Of a DNA stretch of 64,000 bases, positions 12,897 to 26,699 are shown one piece after another. A program made the position numbers and the translations under genes. Positions within the stretch are counted from its first letter, which is position 1; every line of letters starts with the position of its first letter. This stretch comes from Octopus bimaculoides (taxonomy: Eukaryota), in contig NC_068984.1 of NCBI RefSeq assembly GCF_001194135.2, positions 27,677,724-27,741,723 on the forward strand, given 5' to 3'. The notes beneath the pieces were generated by a model. That model was given only the letters and a program-made list of their open reading frames with translations. It did no database searches and was not told where the DNA came from.

Positions 12897-14065
12897 AGCT
12901 GCTACAAATAATAGCTAAATTACCCTTAAATCACATGCATTTTTTAAAAGAAAAGGACACAAATATTAAATAATGTAGTTTTATGTATCCTTCTGAACTA
13001 CAATAAGATGTGATGGTTATAAATGAAACGACTTTGATTACTGGTCAGCTCAATCAAGAATAACTTGGAGTAAAACCAGAACAGTAACCTATATCATTCT
13101 CTATTATCTGTTTTAAGCTTTGTGGAGAGAGCCATCCACAGCTAATTGCCTTTTATATTTTTGATGTAACATAGTGGCAGTCGATGAAGTGCTAAACTCT
13201 TGTCTGTTTATCTGTTTACCTTATAGCTAAGCTGCCCACAATCTCAATATTTTATTATACATCTATCATTTTATTCTTTGCATATTTATTTTGATTTTTC
13301 ATTCGTTAATGTTTCTTAAACTCAATTGTTAATGCAGTTAGATTCAAGTCTCTTGAGACAAGAACGCAACAACATAATCACTCAGCTGTTTCAATTCTTT
13401 TATAAATATATCATTATATTTATGCATGAAGCTAGAGAGATATGATTCCAGATATCTGTTGCATGAATTGCTAATTCATTTTGTTTCCATTGGCAGCCAT
13501 TCAAACACATTACTTAATTTAGGCAACAAACAAAAGGTACTAGATTTCTATTTCCATATATTATGGGCTCCTATTTTTAACAGACACCAGCAGAGTTCAA
13601 TATTAGATATAGAAACTTTGATCATTATGTTTGTTAACAAGAAAATTTCAAATATTTTGATCAAATACAACTTTGATAACAAACTACAGCACAGAAACAA
13701 ACATAAACAATTAAACTCACATTATTATGGCTATACGTCATATATATAGCTGAAATTCAAAGAAAAACAAAAGATGAAGACAGATGTATGAACACCAAGC
13801 AAGTGTATTAGTTTGATGCTCGGGAAAAATGAAAGTCTTTTATGTTTCAAGCCTACGCTCTTTAACAGAAAGGAATAAGAGAAAACAGAGAGAATGAAAG
13901 AAACTTGTAGNNNNNNNNNNNNNNNNNNNNNNNNNNNNNNNNNNNNNNNNNNNNNNNNNNNNNNNNNNNNNNNNNNNNNNNNNNNNNNNNNNNNNNNNNN
14001 NNNNNNNNNNNNNNNNNNNNNNNNNNNNNNNNNNNNNNNNNNNNNNNNNNNNNNNNNNNNNNNNN

Positions 14066-14118
<53 letters not shown>

Positions 14119-14153
14119 CATAGTAGTGATAGAAGAAGCAGTATTAATACCAA

Positions 14154-14616
14154 AAGGTAATCTTGATCTCCAACTAAATGTGGACGGTTATTTTAGAACA
14201 CAGGATACTGTGTTATTTACCTTGAGAGAATCTCTCATAAGGACTTGTGGTGCATAAAAGCATACAAAATTATATCGTTGACACCTTTTAGTATTAATAC
14301 TAATTATTTTTTAATAAACCTATTGGTTATTTGTGATGCCAGTGCCTGGATAGATATGGACATTTTATATATTGTTGGGAAATTCAGCTGTCATCGCTCT
14401 GCTGGATATCTGCCACTGAAGAACACATAGCAGGGTGAAATCACGTGATCTAGTAGTTTCAAGAACCATAGCTGGTGATTCTCGTCTATCAACGATATAA
14501 TTGTGGGTGTTTTTATGCATCACGAGTCGTTATGAGAGCTATTTATTGGGATAAGTAATGCAGTATTCTATGTTCTAACACAACCTCCACTTTAAGTTGG
14601 AGATCAATATTACCTT
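14154..14616. mobile_element. Foldback/MITE with about 128-bp diverged TIRs
   Basis: 14154-14281 aligns with the revcomp of 14489-14616 (aaggtaat(c/a)ttgatctccaact..ctctcataa(g/c)gact..aattatatcgttga). Confidence 0.8.
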
Positions 14617-14675
14617 GTATATCTATCATGCTAACACACAAATCTCTTGACCCCTGAATCGCTTTGTTACTTCTA

Positions 14676-14738
<63 letters not shown>

Positions 14739-15110
14739 GAAAACGTAAAAGACAGTTTCACCATTCCCTTTCTTTTTACATTAGTAACAGTTTCGCCTTA
14801 ACAATAATACTTTGTTGAGTGCATAAAATCATAACTCCATGCATGTATGGCATTTTCGGCCAGAAATATTTTTGCAAAACTGTCGTATGTGGGACGTGCT
14901 GCACTTTAAAAAGATGCTAAACCGTTGTACAACACTTTGGCAATTTTCATATCTTGGCATCTGAAGCAGCTAGAGGTACGATAGTTTGACCAAAAGAATT
15001 GGCTATTGTAAGTAAAATTAAATATTAATAAAAAACGCATTTGGCAAAATTTGGTCATACGACAGTTTAACATAATAGCAACTATATATACCCATGTTTT
15101 GAGTTCTATT

Positions 15111-15627
15111 TTCGGGCCTTGTGCCTAGTGCCTAGAGTAGAAAAGAATATTTAAATTCTCCAAGGCGGCGAGCTGGCAGAAAAGTTAGCACGCCGGGCGA
15201 AATACTTAGTGGTATTTCCTCTGTCTTTACGTTCTGAGTTCAAATTCCACCGAAGTCGACTCTGCCTTTCATCCTTTTGAGATCGATTAAATAAGTATCA
15301 GTTACGCACTGGAGTCGATGTAATCGACTTAATCCCTTTGTCTGTCCTTGTTTGTCCCCTCTATGTTTAGCCCCCTGTGGGCAATAAAGAAATAAATATT
15401 TAAATTGTTCGAGGCGGTTAGCTGACAGAAAAGTTAGCACGCCAGGTGAAATGTTTAGTGGCATTTCGTCTGTCATTGCGTTCTGAGTTCAAATTCCGCC
15501 GAGGTCGACTTTGCCTTTCATCCTCTCAGGGTCGATAAATTAAGTACCAGACACGTACCGGGGTTGATCTAATCGACTGGACCCTTCCCCCCAAAATGTT
15601 GGGCCTTATGCTTAGAGTAGAAAAAAG
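15111..15627 (+). mobile_element. tRNA-derived SINE (family A) multimer: tail fragment plus two units
   Basis: Head aaggcggcgagctggcagaaa (A-box-like) and ctgagttcaaattcc (B-box-like); units at 15162-15395 and 15412-15627 have different tails. Confidence 0.88.
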
Positions 15628-15800
15628 TATTTAAATTCTCCTTCACTTAATCCAATATAGGTCTTCTTATCTGTTGTATTATCAACTAGCGTTGCAGTAA
15701 CTTCTGCCACATATATGGCAGATTTAATCATACGTTGTTGGTCAAGTGGACAGGATCCTGGGTCCCGACAGCTATATCTGGGTATAGTCTCTTAGTATTG
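15628..15800 (-). mobile_element. Penelope-like element GIY-YIG endonuclease fragment
   Basis: Minus strand: YSCRDPGSCPLDQQRMIKSAIYVAEVTATLVDNTTDKKTYIGLSEGEFK = Cys-rich linker (CxC..CPL) plus a GIY-YIG-like IY..YIG motif. Cut by SINEs on one side and the Tc1/mariner on the other. Confidence 0.8.
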
Positions 15801-15819
15801 ACCTTGTGTAGTACACATA

Positions 15820-16691
15820 CAAAGTGGGTGGAAAGTAACTAGGCATTAGAAATTGTTTATAGAATTTTTAGTATGACTGAAATCATGGAAACATTTCTTT
15901 AACAGACAACACTAATGGGGATTTCGTATGTTCTTATTGTCTTATTTCTTATTTCTTATTTTGTAAATGGCTGGTTGCTTGACTGTTCAGGAGTGAGCTA
16001 AGAAAGCAGCACGCTATGAAGTGTGGAATTCCATTGTTTTGGTTCAGAGATGGTTGCATGCAGGGAAAGGTAAGCATGCAACACTACGTCCAGAGACAAA
16101 AAGTTGTTATGCAAAGCTGATGACGACGGGCTCTGTGAACGATGCAAGAGCAAGTGGCCGTCCAACGACATCCTAATCAGGGGAGAACATGGCAACAGTG
16201 CAGGGAATTTTTAATCACAGCCCACAAAAATCAACACGTCAAGCAGCTTGTGAAAATGGACTAACAAGACACACAATACGTACGGTGCTGCATAAAGAAC
16301 TGAATTTTCGTCCGTGGAGCTAAAACCTGAAGACTGTGACCACAGAAGCCCAGAAGTTCAGTACTCCAAGAAGTCTAGATCTCATTCCATGTGATTTTTA
16401 CCTGTAGGGTTACACAAAAGAGGAGTTGTACAAGACAAAACCTCACACCCTGAAGGACTTGGAGACATGGATTCAGGAGGTTCTCAATGATATCTCAGAT
16501 GAAGTCCTTTAGAAGGTTGTTCATACCATCCCTGGCTGTTTGAAGAAACTGGTTGGCGCCACTGGTGCTTACGTTGAGATGTGAAAATTTACTTTCATTT
16601 TCCCATGTATCATTTGTTTCAATAAATTTGTAAAAATAATATGGATTTTATTACCAACTTTTAATATCTACTTAACTTTTCATCCACCCTG
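15820..16691 (+). mobile_element. Internally deleted Tc1/mariner element (C-terminus resembles maT/rosa-type transposases)
   Basis: TA-flanked imperfect TIRs (caaagtgggtggaaagtaactaggcatt vs revcomp cagggtggatgaaaagttaagtagatatt). Translation gives GSVNDARASGRPTT and PRSLDLIPCDFYL*GYTKEELYKTKPHTLKDLETWIQEVL..GAYVEM*. Most of the catalytic domain is deleted, so DD spacing cannot be counted. Confidence 0.85.
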
Positions 16692-19600
16692 TATATATAA
16701 GTATACACATATATTCACACACACGCACACACATTTATATATACATACGTATAAATACACACATATTTATATAATATATATATAATTACACACATGAACA
16801 CACACAAATACACACAAGCATTCTTTGAACTTCAGTGCTATTTCTGTCAAATTTCACTCCTCACTTTGGCAGACCCAATGTTATGGTAGAAGACATTTGT
16901 CCAAATTACCCGGCGATGTGATTAAACCTGCTACTATTTATAGTAAACCACAGCCCATGCCTTTGCCCATGACATCTGTCAGATTATTTTAAAGTCGAAA
17001 CGTCAACTCTTCTTAAAAATACTTCTATGGTATGTTACATAAGCTGATATATCGACATCTTGTATTTGTGAATATTTATCAAGATGATTATCTCAGAAAT
17101 GTCATATATATTAAGCTGAAACATATTTTGTACACAATTTTTTTATAGATTGCTAATTTAAAGTAACTAATGTTAATTACAAAGAACTTGGAAATTATCT
17201 ATTTTTTCCAACTAAGACATTTTCTAATATAGATATGCTTAGAAAGAAATTTCTACTAAATTTGTTCATTATATCATCTGATCTTGTATTAAAATATTTT
17301 CAGTACATTGAACACAGCTAACACTGAAATTACATTGTAGATTTTTAAATGAAAGTCTGAGTAAGTTTTTCTATCTAGGAAATTTAGCAGTGCATAATGG
17401 TTATTGATTCCATTTGTCATTTGTAGCATCTCTCAGTTGCTTCTATTAAGGTTAATACTATCATTATTTTCAATCTGCACATTAATGCTAATTAATAATT
17501 TATTTTGTAGTACAGAAAATATTAGCGGCATATTTTATATATACCAATAATATATTCTGTGTAAAAAAAAACACCTGTATAAATTTCAGAATCTATTTTT
17601 ATTTTTACATTTTTTTATCTATTTATTCATTAACTTAATATCGACTTATTATAAACTATTGATGAGAATGTACTGCAACTTGTGTAGCAATTTAGACTAT
17701 CAGTTCAACCTAATTTGGGAAATAAATGTCACCATATGCTCCTGAGTACCTCATTTGTTTATGAAGTTATATAATGTTCAAAATTATTCCATCCTTCATT
17801 GTCAAACTATGCAAAAATATTACTACCAGTAGAGAAGAAACTAGTTTTTTTGGCATAAAGGATTTCAACTAAGCTCCATAAAATAATGTAATAGTTTCAA
17901 GATATATTGTGTCTTTCATCTAGATTGAATGATCTTTGGAAAGTTATGATTCTTTTGGTCAGTGACAAAGAATAGTACTAGTTATGGAATATCACAGAAT
18001 TTCTGCCACCTGATGAAATGGAATAAGATGATACAGGAAAATTTCTTATGGAGGTTATATATATGGAATACAGTACATACAGGTAAATCTGATGGTAACA
18101 AAATATAATGCACTGTCTGAATCGATAAAAGTTACACCTGAAAGGAAAAGAAAATCATTTGTCTTAATGATAATTCTTGTTGAGAAGGGTAAAGGAGAGA
18201 ACTCTGAAATCTATATTGACAAAGATGAAATGGAGACATGTAAAAGAATATGAATCCAATCTATAGTAAGCAGAAAAGTAATTCTAGACTTGGAGTAGGT
18301 TGGATATACCTTACACTTGCCAGTTAATGAAAAATACAAGTTCTAATTTTTATTTTAAAATCTAACCAACACAATGGTCTTTTTAAAAATTAAGTGTAAA
18401 TTCTTAGAAAATAAAACATACATGCAAATAAACATCATTATATTTTCCATATGAATTAAATGAAAGAAGGTGGAGGTGTGTGTGTGTGTGTGGGGGGCAA
18501 TTGTAGAACGTGGAATAAAAGTGATGATTATGATGGTGATGATTGTGTTAATGATTTAGGTGATCTTGTAGACAGCAACAGCATCGGCTGCAGCAGTTTC
18601 AGTGGTTATGGTGGCATTATTGATGAAGAAATGGAGGGTTAGTGAAGCAGAAGCTCAAAAAGATTTGGTCAACACAAGGCTATAGTAGAATTCTACCCAA
18701 AGTACTGCATAGTGTAATTGAGCTTTCAGCCACATGGTTGTGAAACACACTGCTGAACCACATCTAACCATATCTAAACCTATCTCATATATACAAATTA
18801 ACTTTTTAATCTTAACAACTTGCTACACAACCATTCAGAACTTTCCAAATAAAACACCATAATAATTGGACATCAACAGCATTTCACCACTGTTAACAGA
18901 AATCATGGTTCGCAATTGAAAAATCTTTAAATCTACTATCATTGGTTCATACATCCCTCAAGGAGTTGGTAAAAGATCTCATATATCTCTTAGAGCCAGT
19001 AATCATTTACCCTCATCCCATTTCTTCCTCCTTTTTCTTTTCTTTTTTTTTCCTTTATAGACCCAGTCAGTAGATTAACAGTAAGCAACAAGCAACAATG
19101 AAAAATGTATACCCCTGAGGAACCCAGAAATCTACTTGATATTACAGAGAAAAACTTCCATGAAAACATAAAATGAAATACTATCAGTAACATGACCACA
19201 ACTATAAACAACAACAACAACTACAATAGCAGCAGCAATAACAACAACAGCAGCACTTTTAGCAGCAGTAACAGTAGCAGTAGTAGTATATTGAAAAAGG
19301 GAAATATTTCATTTTCTTTACAGAAGTTAAAGTACTGTGATGTTGCTGCAAAATACCAAATTATTTGTCAATTGAGGTATAAGAATCTATTTACCAAAGG
19401 TACTTCCTGCAAGTTCCAAACAGCAAATCTTTCCAATAAAAGATTGATGTATTGCTAACAATAAGAGAACCCTTACAACTAAATAGCAAGACTAAATTTC
19501 AAATGAATGTTCCAATTCTCTGAGGAATTCTTTGTTCAGTTCTTTCTTTAACCTGGCACATTATAGCAACCTAAGAGCAAGTTTCTTTCATTATGTTTTA

Positions 19601-21690
19601 TTCCATATGTATGTCTATTTTTTTTCTTTCCTTATTTGTTTGTTATGTTCCACCTTTTTCTTCCCTACTTTTTTCTGTCTTTTACTTTCAATATTCTCTT
19701 ATACCATATCTCTTTGGTGAACATTATATTTTATATCATTTCTTATTTTACAGTCTTCTTTTTTATTCCAATATTTTATTTATTCCCTGTTTTTATTTCC
19801 TAAACTTTCTAATATAATATTTTTCACCAAAAGTGTTCTTCACTGATTCCTTCCTTCCTCATTGCTGAAATGAATGGTTTTATACTTGTTTCTACTCCAA
19901 GAATTTCCTGTTCATATATTTGAATAGTTAACTAGATAACCTACATCTGAACTAAATTGCCCAAATGGAAGAAAATGCCACATCTGTAATAATTCCAATA
20001 AAAAGAATTAAGTTGCAAGCCTGTCACATTGTTATTAAACCTGATGCAGAGGGTCATAAGTTTTCCAGATTGATATTAACAACATTAATTTCAGATGTCC
20101 AAAAGCAAAAGCCATTTTTCTGAGTGGTATCATCTAGCTTTGAACTAGATTATTGGCTACAAGTGTACAGGTCTGGGGCTATTTTATTTCAACTAAAAAT
20201 ATTCTTTATGAATTTCTTACAAATTCCAAGATATTTATAGTATTAAGTGAGCTAAAACCTATGGGAAATTATGCCAAAATCAATGTAATATTCCAATAAA
20301 GAATTTGGTGTTGGATATTTTCATAGAATGTTTTATGTCAGATTTTAATGTTTGGGTAGGATAAGTCATATATCTTTTAGGGACATGACTCAAGATAGTG
20401 AAGCATGAATGAAAATAATTAGTACCATCATAACAATGAACAATAATTGAAATACTATGAACTATAGCAATTACTCTTTAACTATAGACCCTTATAACTT
20501 GGGGACTCATTCATTCAATCTAAAAGAAAAGAAAATGCATTTTCAACTTTTGGAATAATAAATATTAGAAAAGAAATTTTCATAAAAGAAATGATTTTTC
20601 TTGAGATCTATCAAAGTTGTCGGTGTTGTATGATAGAGCAATATTTTAAAGAGGTACTCAAAGTTAAAACTATTAATATTTTGTTCTAATAATGCAATTT
20701 ATTGATTAGTAATACTAAGAAAGGAATCAAAATAATACATATATATATATATATATATANNNNNNNNNNNNNNNNNNNNNNNNNNNNNNNNNNNNNNNNN
20801 NNNNNNNNNNNNNNNNNNNNNNNNNNNNNNNNNNNNNNNNNNNNNNNNNNNNNNNNNNNNNNNCATCAATATATATCCAAGAAACTCTGTTAAATCAATA
20901 AAGATATTCATCAAAGTCTGGTCAGTCATTTGTATTTCATAATGATAAAAAATAACCCATATAATATGGAATGTTTAACATTCCCATTATATATATTGCT
21001 TTCAGTTCACTCCATGCATGAGTTTAATCCTGAAAAGCAACTCATAAATAAATAACATATCTTAAGAGCTATTTTCATTGAATGAGAGTCAATGCTAATC
21101 TCTCATAATGTTTTTTTTCCAACTTTTAGTATAGAATATAGCAGATTTTAACCTATAATACCTATGAGATCTAAAAGCAGTTAAAGAAAGGCTTAGTGAC
21201 TCTCATAAAGGTTATTGCCAGAAATAAAGTGAAAGTAAATTCAAATGTCCAGTATTTGTCAATATGATAATCATAAAATAAATAAAATCATATTTATTTA
21301 TTTTATATCACTATTTAGGAATTGTTAGTTAAAGTTTTCCAAAGTGCAGTCATGGCATTACATCCTTTCTGAAGATAAGCGTGAAAAGTTAGCATCTCTG
21401 AGTTGGTGGAATTTGTTTGAAGAACATTGGTTATTCATTGATTTCAACAAACTTCTTAGATATACATCAATGAAAAATTTAAACACACATGAGCCTGTGT
21501 GTGAGCCTCTGCATTTGTGTGTCTGTGCATGTGTGTGTGTGTGTGTGTGTGTTATATAAATTTCAGTCAAAAACTCTAGAAGTTCAATGAAAGTCAATGA
21601 AATTCGATGAAGTGCTCAATATATCGCAAATGCAAAGTGTATATATCTTGAATACAGACAGATATGCCGGCACACACACATATATACATA

Positions 21691-21910
21691 TAGAAGGGGT
21701 GGTGAAAATTTCCTGGTTTTGGGTAAAAGAAAATATGGGAGGAACAGTTAATTTTGATTTTAATCAACATATTCCCCTTTCAGATTCACACAATTATTGC
21801 AGTAGCCCTTCAGTTTTTCTAAGCTTTGTAAAAGAATTCGGAAAGTTAGTCCTCCAATGAAGCTTTTCATGATACCCTTAAAGCCAAGAAATTTTCAGTA
21901 TCCCTTCATA
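21691..21910. mobile_element. mariner-type MITE with TA-flanked TIRs; reverse-oriented relative at about 53272-53471
   Basis: tagaaggggtggtgaaaatttcctggtttt vs revcomp tatgaagggatactgaaaatttcttggcttt. The internal cagtagcccttcagtttttctaag matches revcomp cttagaaaaactgaagggctgctg at about 53350. Confidence 0.75.
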
Positions 21911-21927
21911 TGTATTGCTTATATATA

Positions 21928-22691
21928 NNNNNNNNNNNNNNNNNNNNNNNNNNNNNNNNNNNNNNNNNNNNNNNNNNNNNNNNNNNNNNNNNNNNNNNNN
22001 NNNNNNNNNNNNNNNNNNNNNNNNNNNNNNNNNNNNNNNNNNNNNNNNNNNNNNNNNNNNNNNNNNNNNNNNNNNNNNNNNNNNNNNNNNNNNNNNNNNN
22101 NNNNNNNNNNNNNNNNNNNNNNNNNNNNNNNNNNNNNNNNNNNNNNNNNNNNNNNNNNNNNNNNNNNNNNNNNNNNNNNNNNNNNNNNNNNNNNNNNNNN
22201 NNNNNNNNNNNNNNNNNNNNNNNNNNNNNNNNNNNNNNNNNNNNNNNNNNNNNNNNNNNNNNNNNNNNNNNNNNNNNNNNNNNNNNNNNNNNNNNNNNNN
22301 NNNNNNNNNNNNNNNNNNNNNNNNNNNNNNNNNNNNNNNNNNNNNNNNNNNNNNNNNNNNNNNNNNNNNNNNNNNNNNNNNNNNNNNNNNNNNNNNNNNN
22401 NNNNNNNNNNNNNNNNNNNNNNNNNNNNNNNNNNNNNNNNNNNNNNNNNNNNNNNNNNNNNNNNNNNNNNNNNNNNNNNNNNNNNNNNNNNNNNNNNNNN
22501 NNNNNNNNNNNNNNNNNNNNNNNNNNNNNNNNNNNNNNNNNNNNNNNNNNNNNNNNNNNNNNNNNNNNNNNNNNNNNNNNNNNNNNNNNNNNNNNNNNNN
22601 NNNNNNNNNNNNNNNNNNNNNNNNNNNNNNNNNNNNNNNNNNNNNNNNNNNNNNNNNNNNNNNNNNNNNNNNNNNNNNNNNNNNNNNNNNN
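21928..22691. other. Assembly gap (one of the largest of many N runs, most abutting (AT)n)
   Basis: N run. Other large gaps at about 3924-4350, 5716-6123, 25107-25410 and 30518-31211. Confidence 0.98.
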
Positions 22692-22723
<32 letters not shown>

Positions 22724-23802
22724 CATACGTCTTCGTGCATATGTTATGAAGATGCAACTTTATTGCTACACATTAGAAGAGAATCAGAATAAGAATAAGA
22801 GGTGTTAGTTGGAAGAAAAAGAAATGGTAGAGCAAAGGAAAAAGAAAGAGAGAGAGAAATTAAGATAGAAAAGATAGAAAAAGGGAGAGAAGATAACTGT
22901 GTTCACTAAAGTATCTAGTGATAAGGAAAAGGAGAATGAAAAGAAAAGAAAAAATAAGGAAAAGATACAACTAAACTTTATACATAAAGGCCAAGTCTGC
23001 AAACGCACACATAAAATATACATATGTACTCATTTAAGCAAATACATATATACAATAGTTACAAACATGTAAACATGCATGCAAATATACAGATAAGCAT
23101 AAATGCATGTGTGTATATATATACATATATATATATCTCCCTCTCTGGTTCTTCTTCCTTTCTGTTTTTCTCTCCCACTCTTTCCCTATTCTTCTCTCCC
23201 CTTCACCGTTTCCTCTCTCTCTCACCCTTCCTCCTTGACTTTCTTTGCTCATACCTGACGAAAGTACCACCCATCTTTCTTGCTGCCACTTCCTTACTTC
23301 CTACCTAAAGACAAGATGTGCTTTTATCTGTCTCTTCTCAAAGCTCGTTTTTCCAGCGTTCATAACGTCACATCGTCTTAGTTTAACAGCCCTCACCGTT
23401 TGTTTTTACTGTTTTGTTCTCACTGTCCTGTTTTTGTTACCACTTACACCCTCTGCAAAAAATCCCAAATTTCATTTAATTTGCTTTGCGAGCAGAACTG
23501 TTTTAATGAAGTTGCGTATTGTCCTTACCTTCGAAATGCAGAGCAGATAAAACAGGGGACAACTGATGAAGGGAATGTTCTTTATGTTGCATGTCTTGTT
23601 TCTCTGTTTGTTTGTTTTTTTCATTGTTCGGAAAAAGTTCGTTTTCTATATTCTTGTTTTTATGTTTTTGTTTCTCATTGTATCTACGTTTTTTGATGTC
23701 CTGTACCTATATATGCATGTATATATACAAATATATGTAGGTTTGTACATATATGTATGTATATATACATATATTTATATATTATTTATATTATTATATA
23801 TC

Positions 23803-23866
<64 letters not shown>

Positions 23867-24671
23867 TGTATATACACCATAACATATATACCCATACGAA
23901 TATATTTAAAACCGTCTCTCTGGTATATTGAATATCAAAATAGTGTAACTTCAAATTGTGGATTGAAAGCAAAATCAAATATATAATCAAATTAATAGTT
24001 TAAGAATATAATATGATACAAATTTTGACCTCAGCGAAATTTAAATGAGAAAACTTAGTGACTGCTGAAAATCGCCAAAAATTTTTTACTAAGCTCATTA
24101 AAGCTCTGTCATCACTATCGCATTGCAATCAATGGTAATAAAAATGTTAAATAAATGTAATGGAAGTAATTATGTAAAGATAAAAATAATAAAATTATAA
24201 TAAAGCATAAAATCAAATCAAATAAAACAAATCTATACTGGTATTCAATGTCTTTAAAAACACATTTTGGTCGACTGTAAATACGCGATATCTATACAAC
24301 ACATATTAGGTGATTGTAAAAGGGCTTTTAAGATGTACAATAAGAATCAAGATTTTGAGGTATATTGTGGGCTAAATTGCATTGCAAAAAAAAAAAGCAA
24401 TCAAATGGCTCAAAAAGGTGCATTTAAAAGTAATGGTTACAAAAAGACAATGAAATAAAATAAAAATGAAATAGCAGTAAAAGTTTGTAAACAGTCAAAG
24501 GTTTTCTTGAAAGTCAAAAAATGTAAAATGTAAAAGTGATATTATACAAAATGATGCCCGCTTTTAGGTGGGAAAACCAAATTCAAATGCTATTATTATC
24601 CATATGGTATTTTATCAGCTGACATTTTATACCTCGTAGCATGTCTGCAGGAATTCAAAAGCAGGAATTAA

Positions 24672-25075
24672 TCATCATCATTTAATTTTTGTTGTCCATG
24701 CTTGCATGAGTTGGATGGTTTGACCAGGAATGGTAAACTGAGGAAGGGGCTGCACCAGACTCCAGTCTGATTTGGAATGGTTTCTATAACAGGATGCCCT
24801 TCCTAATGCCAACCACTTTACAGAGTGTGATGGGTGTTTGGCCTGGGTGCCAGCTGCGTGACATCAATATCTGCCATGATTATGATTTCACTTGGCTTGA
24901 TGGGTGTTTTCGCGGCATATTACCAAAGTTCTTGGTCATTTGTCATTGCCTCTGCGAGGTTCAACCCTCGAAGATGCTTTTTACATGCCACTGGCATGGG
25001 TGACAGATTTGTGACACTGGAATTAGTCATGACTATAACTATGATTTCACTTGGTTTGATGGATCTTCTCAAGCA
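24672..25075 (-). mobile_element. RTE LINE 3' end / RTE-tailed repeat with internal rearrangement
   Basis: Same tail and ggatgcccttcctaatgccaaccact core; minus-strand ..AMTNDQELW.. ; the atgatttcacttgg(c/t)ttgatgg segment occurs twice. Confidence 0.75.
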
Positions 25076-26699
25076 CAACACACACACACACACACACACA
25101 CACACANNNNNNNNNNNNNNNNNNNNNNNNNNNNNNNNNNNNNNNNNNNNNNNNNNNNNNNNNNNNNNNNNNNNNNNNNNNNNNNNNNNNNNNNNNNNNN
25201 NNNNNNNNNNNNNNNNNNNNNNNNNNNNNNNNNNNNNNNNNNNNNNNNNNNNNNNNNNNNNNNNNNNNNNNNNNNNNNNNNNNNNNNNNNNNNNNNNNNN
25301 NNNNNNNNNNNNNNNNNNNNNNNNNNNNNNNNNNNNNNNNNNNNNNNNNNNNNNNNNNNNNNNNNNNNNNNNNNNNNNNNNNNNNNNNNNNNNNNNNNNN
25401 NNNNNNNNNTATATATATAACATTTTTTTTTTCAATATTGGCTTTGCAAATAAATTAGCCATATTGTATTATTTTTAGAACTCTCTCAGAAGCACTACAT
25501 TAGCAAAATTAGGTTGTTACAGAGAGATAACTGTTATATAGAAATAATCAAATTAATAGAAAAACAACAAAACTAACTTGACAGAAACCAATTTGAATCA
25601 GTAACATTTAACTTAGATTTTTCAGTGTAACTAAATTGGGAGAAGTTAAAGCAAGATAGTCTCAAGTGGCAGAAATTTTGGTTAATTTTTAAACAGAGGG
25701 AACTTACAAGTTATTTCAAAAATAGATTTTACCAAATAATAATCTAACAAATTATTTCAATTGATCAAGTGCATTTTTAGTAAAGAAAAGGATCAATTCC
25801 TGAAAGTTAAACTTTATAGTGAGACATAGTGGAATAATTTATAATATTATATATAAGTAAAATTTCTTAGTAGATTGTAATTCCTGTATAGAACTTAATT
25901 TTCACCATTCAAACGTCTATTAAAATTTATTCCTATTGTCTCAATCAAGTCTCTATATACTCTTCTTGATTCACCACAACCAACAATGCAATCACTAAGC
26001 ACAATCACTATATGCACAAAAAGATTTAAGATGGTTCATGACACCACAATAATAATAAATTTTACATGAAGTTAAGACTCTATTAGATATATATTTTTAA
26101 TTGTCACCTAATGTTAATTATAAAGAATAACTGTTTGTTCAAAAGGATTAGTTGTTGTTGAATGCTATTATGACAAAAATATCTACTTATTCAACAACAT
26201 TCAAAGTAGACATAATCCAGAAATATTTTATGAAGTAATGCAAATAACAATTCTGTATGTATTTTTTTCAGTCATTGTTTTACCAGTTGCAACCATTTGA
26301 ACTTTGGACATACTGGTCACAGTCTCTAGTGTTTAACAAATGACACCAATTCTAGTATTTATTTCAATCTGGTACTTAATTTATGAATCTGTATTTGTTC
26401 AATTGTTATGTTGTGCTTTTCGAAACAATACTGGTTTTTACATAAATACAGACACACCAACACAGCCATAACACCCCCCCCCACACACACACACACTTAC
26501 GTAGACATCGTTATCATCATAATCATCAATGTTTTATATCCACTTTCCATGCTAGTGTGAGTTGATATATGCATTTTTGACAAACCTGGTGTGAAGATGA
26601 TATTAGCCAGAAAGTCTACCACCCCTGGCCAATGAGCAATGGCACAAAGCTGGGAGCTGAAGGTCCAGTCTAGAGAAGTAGCTGAAATTCTCAAAGACT

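Noticed and set aside
14740-15070. Cys-rich broken frame and a 13-bp inverted repeat (aaactgtcgtatg) suggesting piggyBac
   Set aside because: No matching TTAA-flanked termini, and the similarity is too weak.
21857-22808. Long ORFs of 270-320 aa here and at 3800-4446, 5675-6142, 24834-25478 and 38493-38899
   Set aside because: Almost entirely X residues from N gaps plus (AT)n translated as YIYI; artefacts.
23250-23620. ctgacgaaag / ctgatgaagg motifs as another hammerhead
   Set aside because: No GAAA-stem III-UH arrangement could be built; probably a PLE-type repeat remnant, but unproven.
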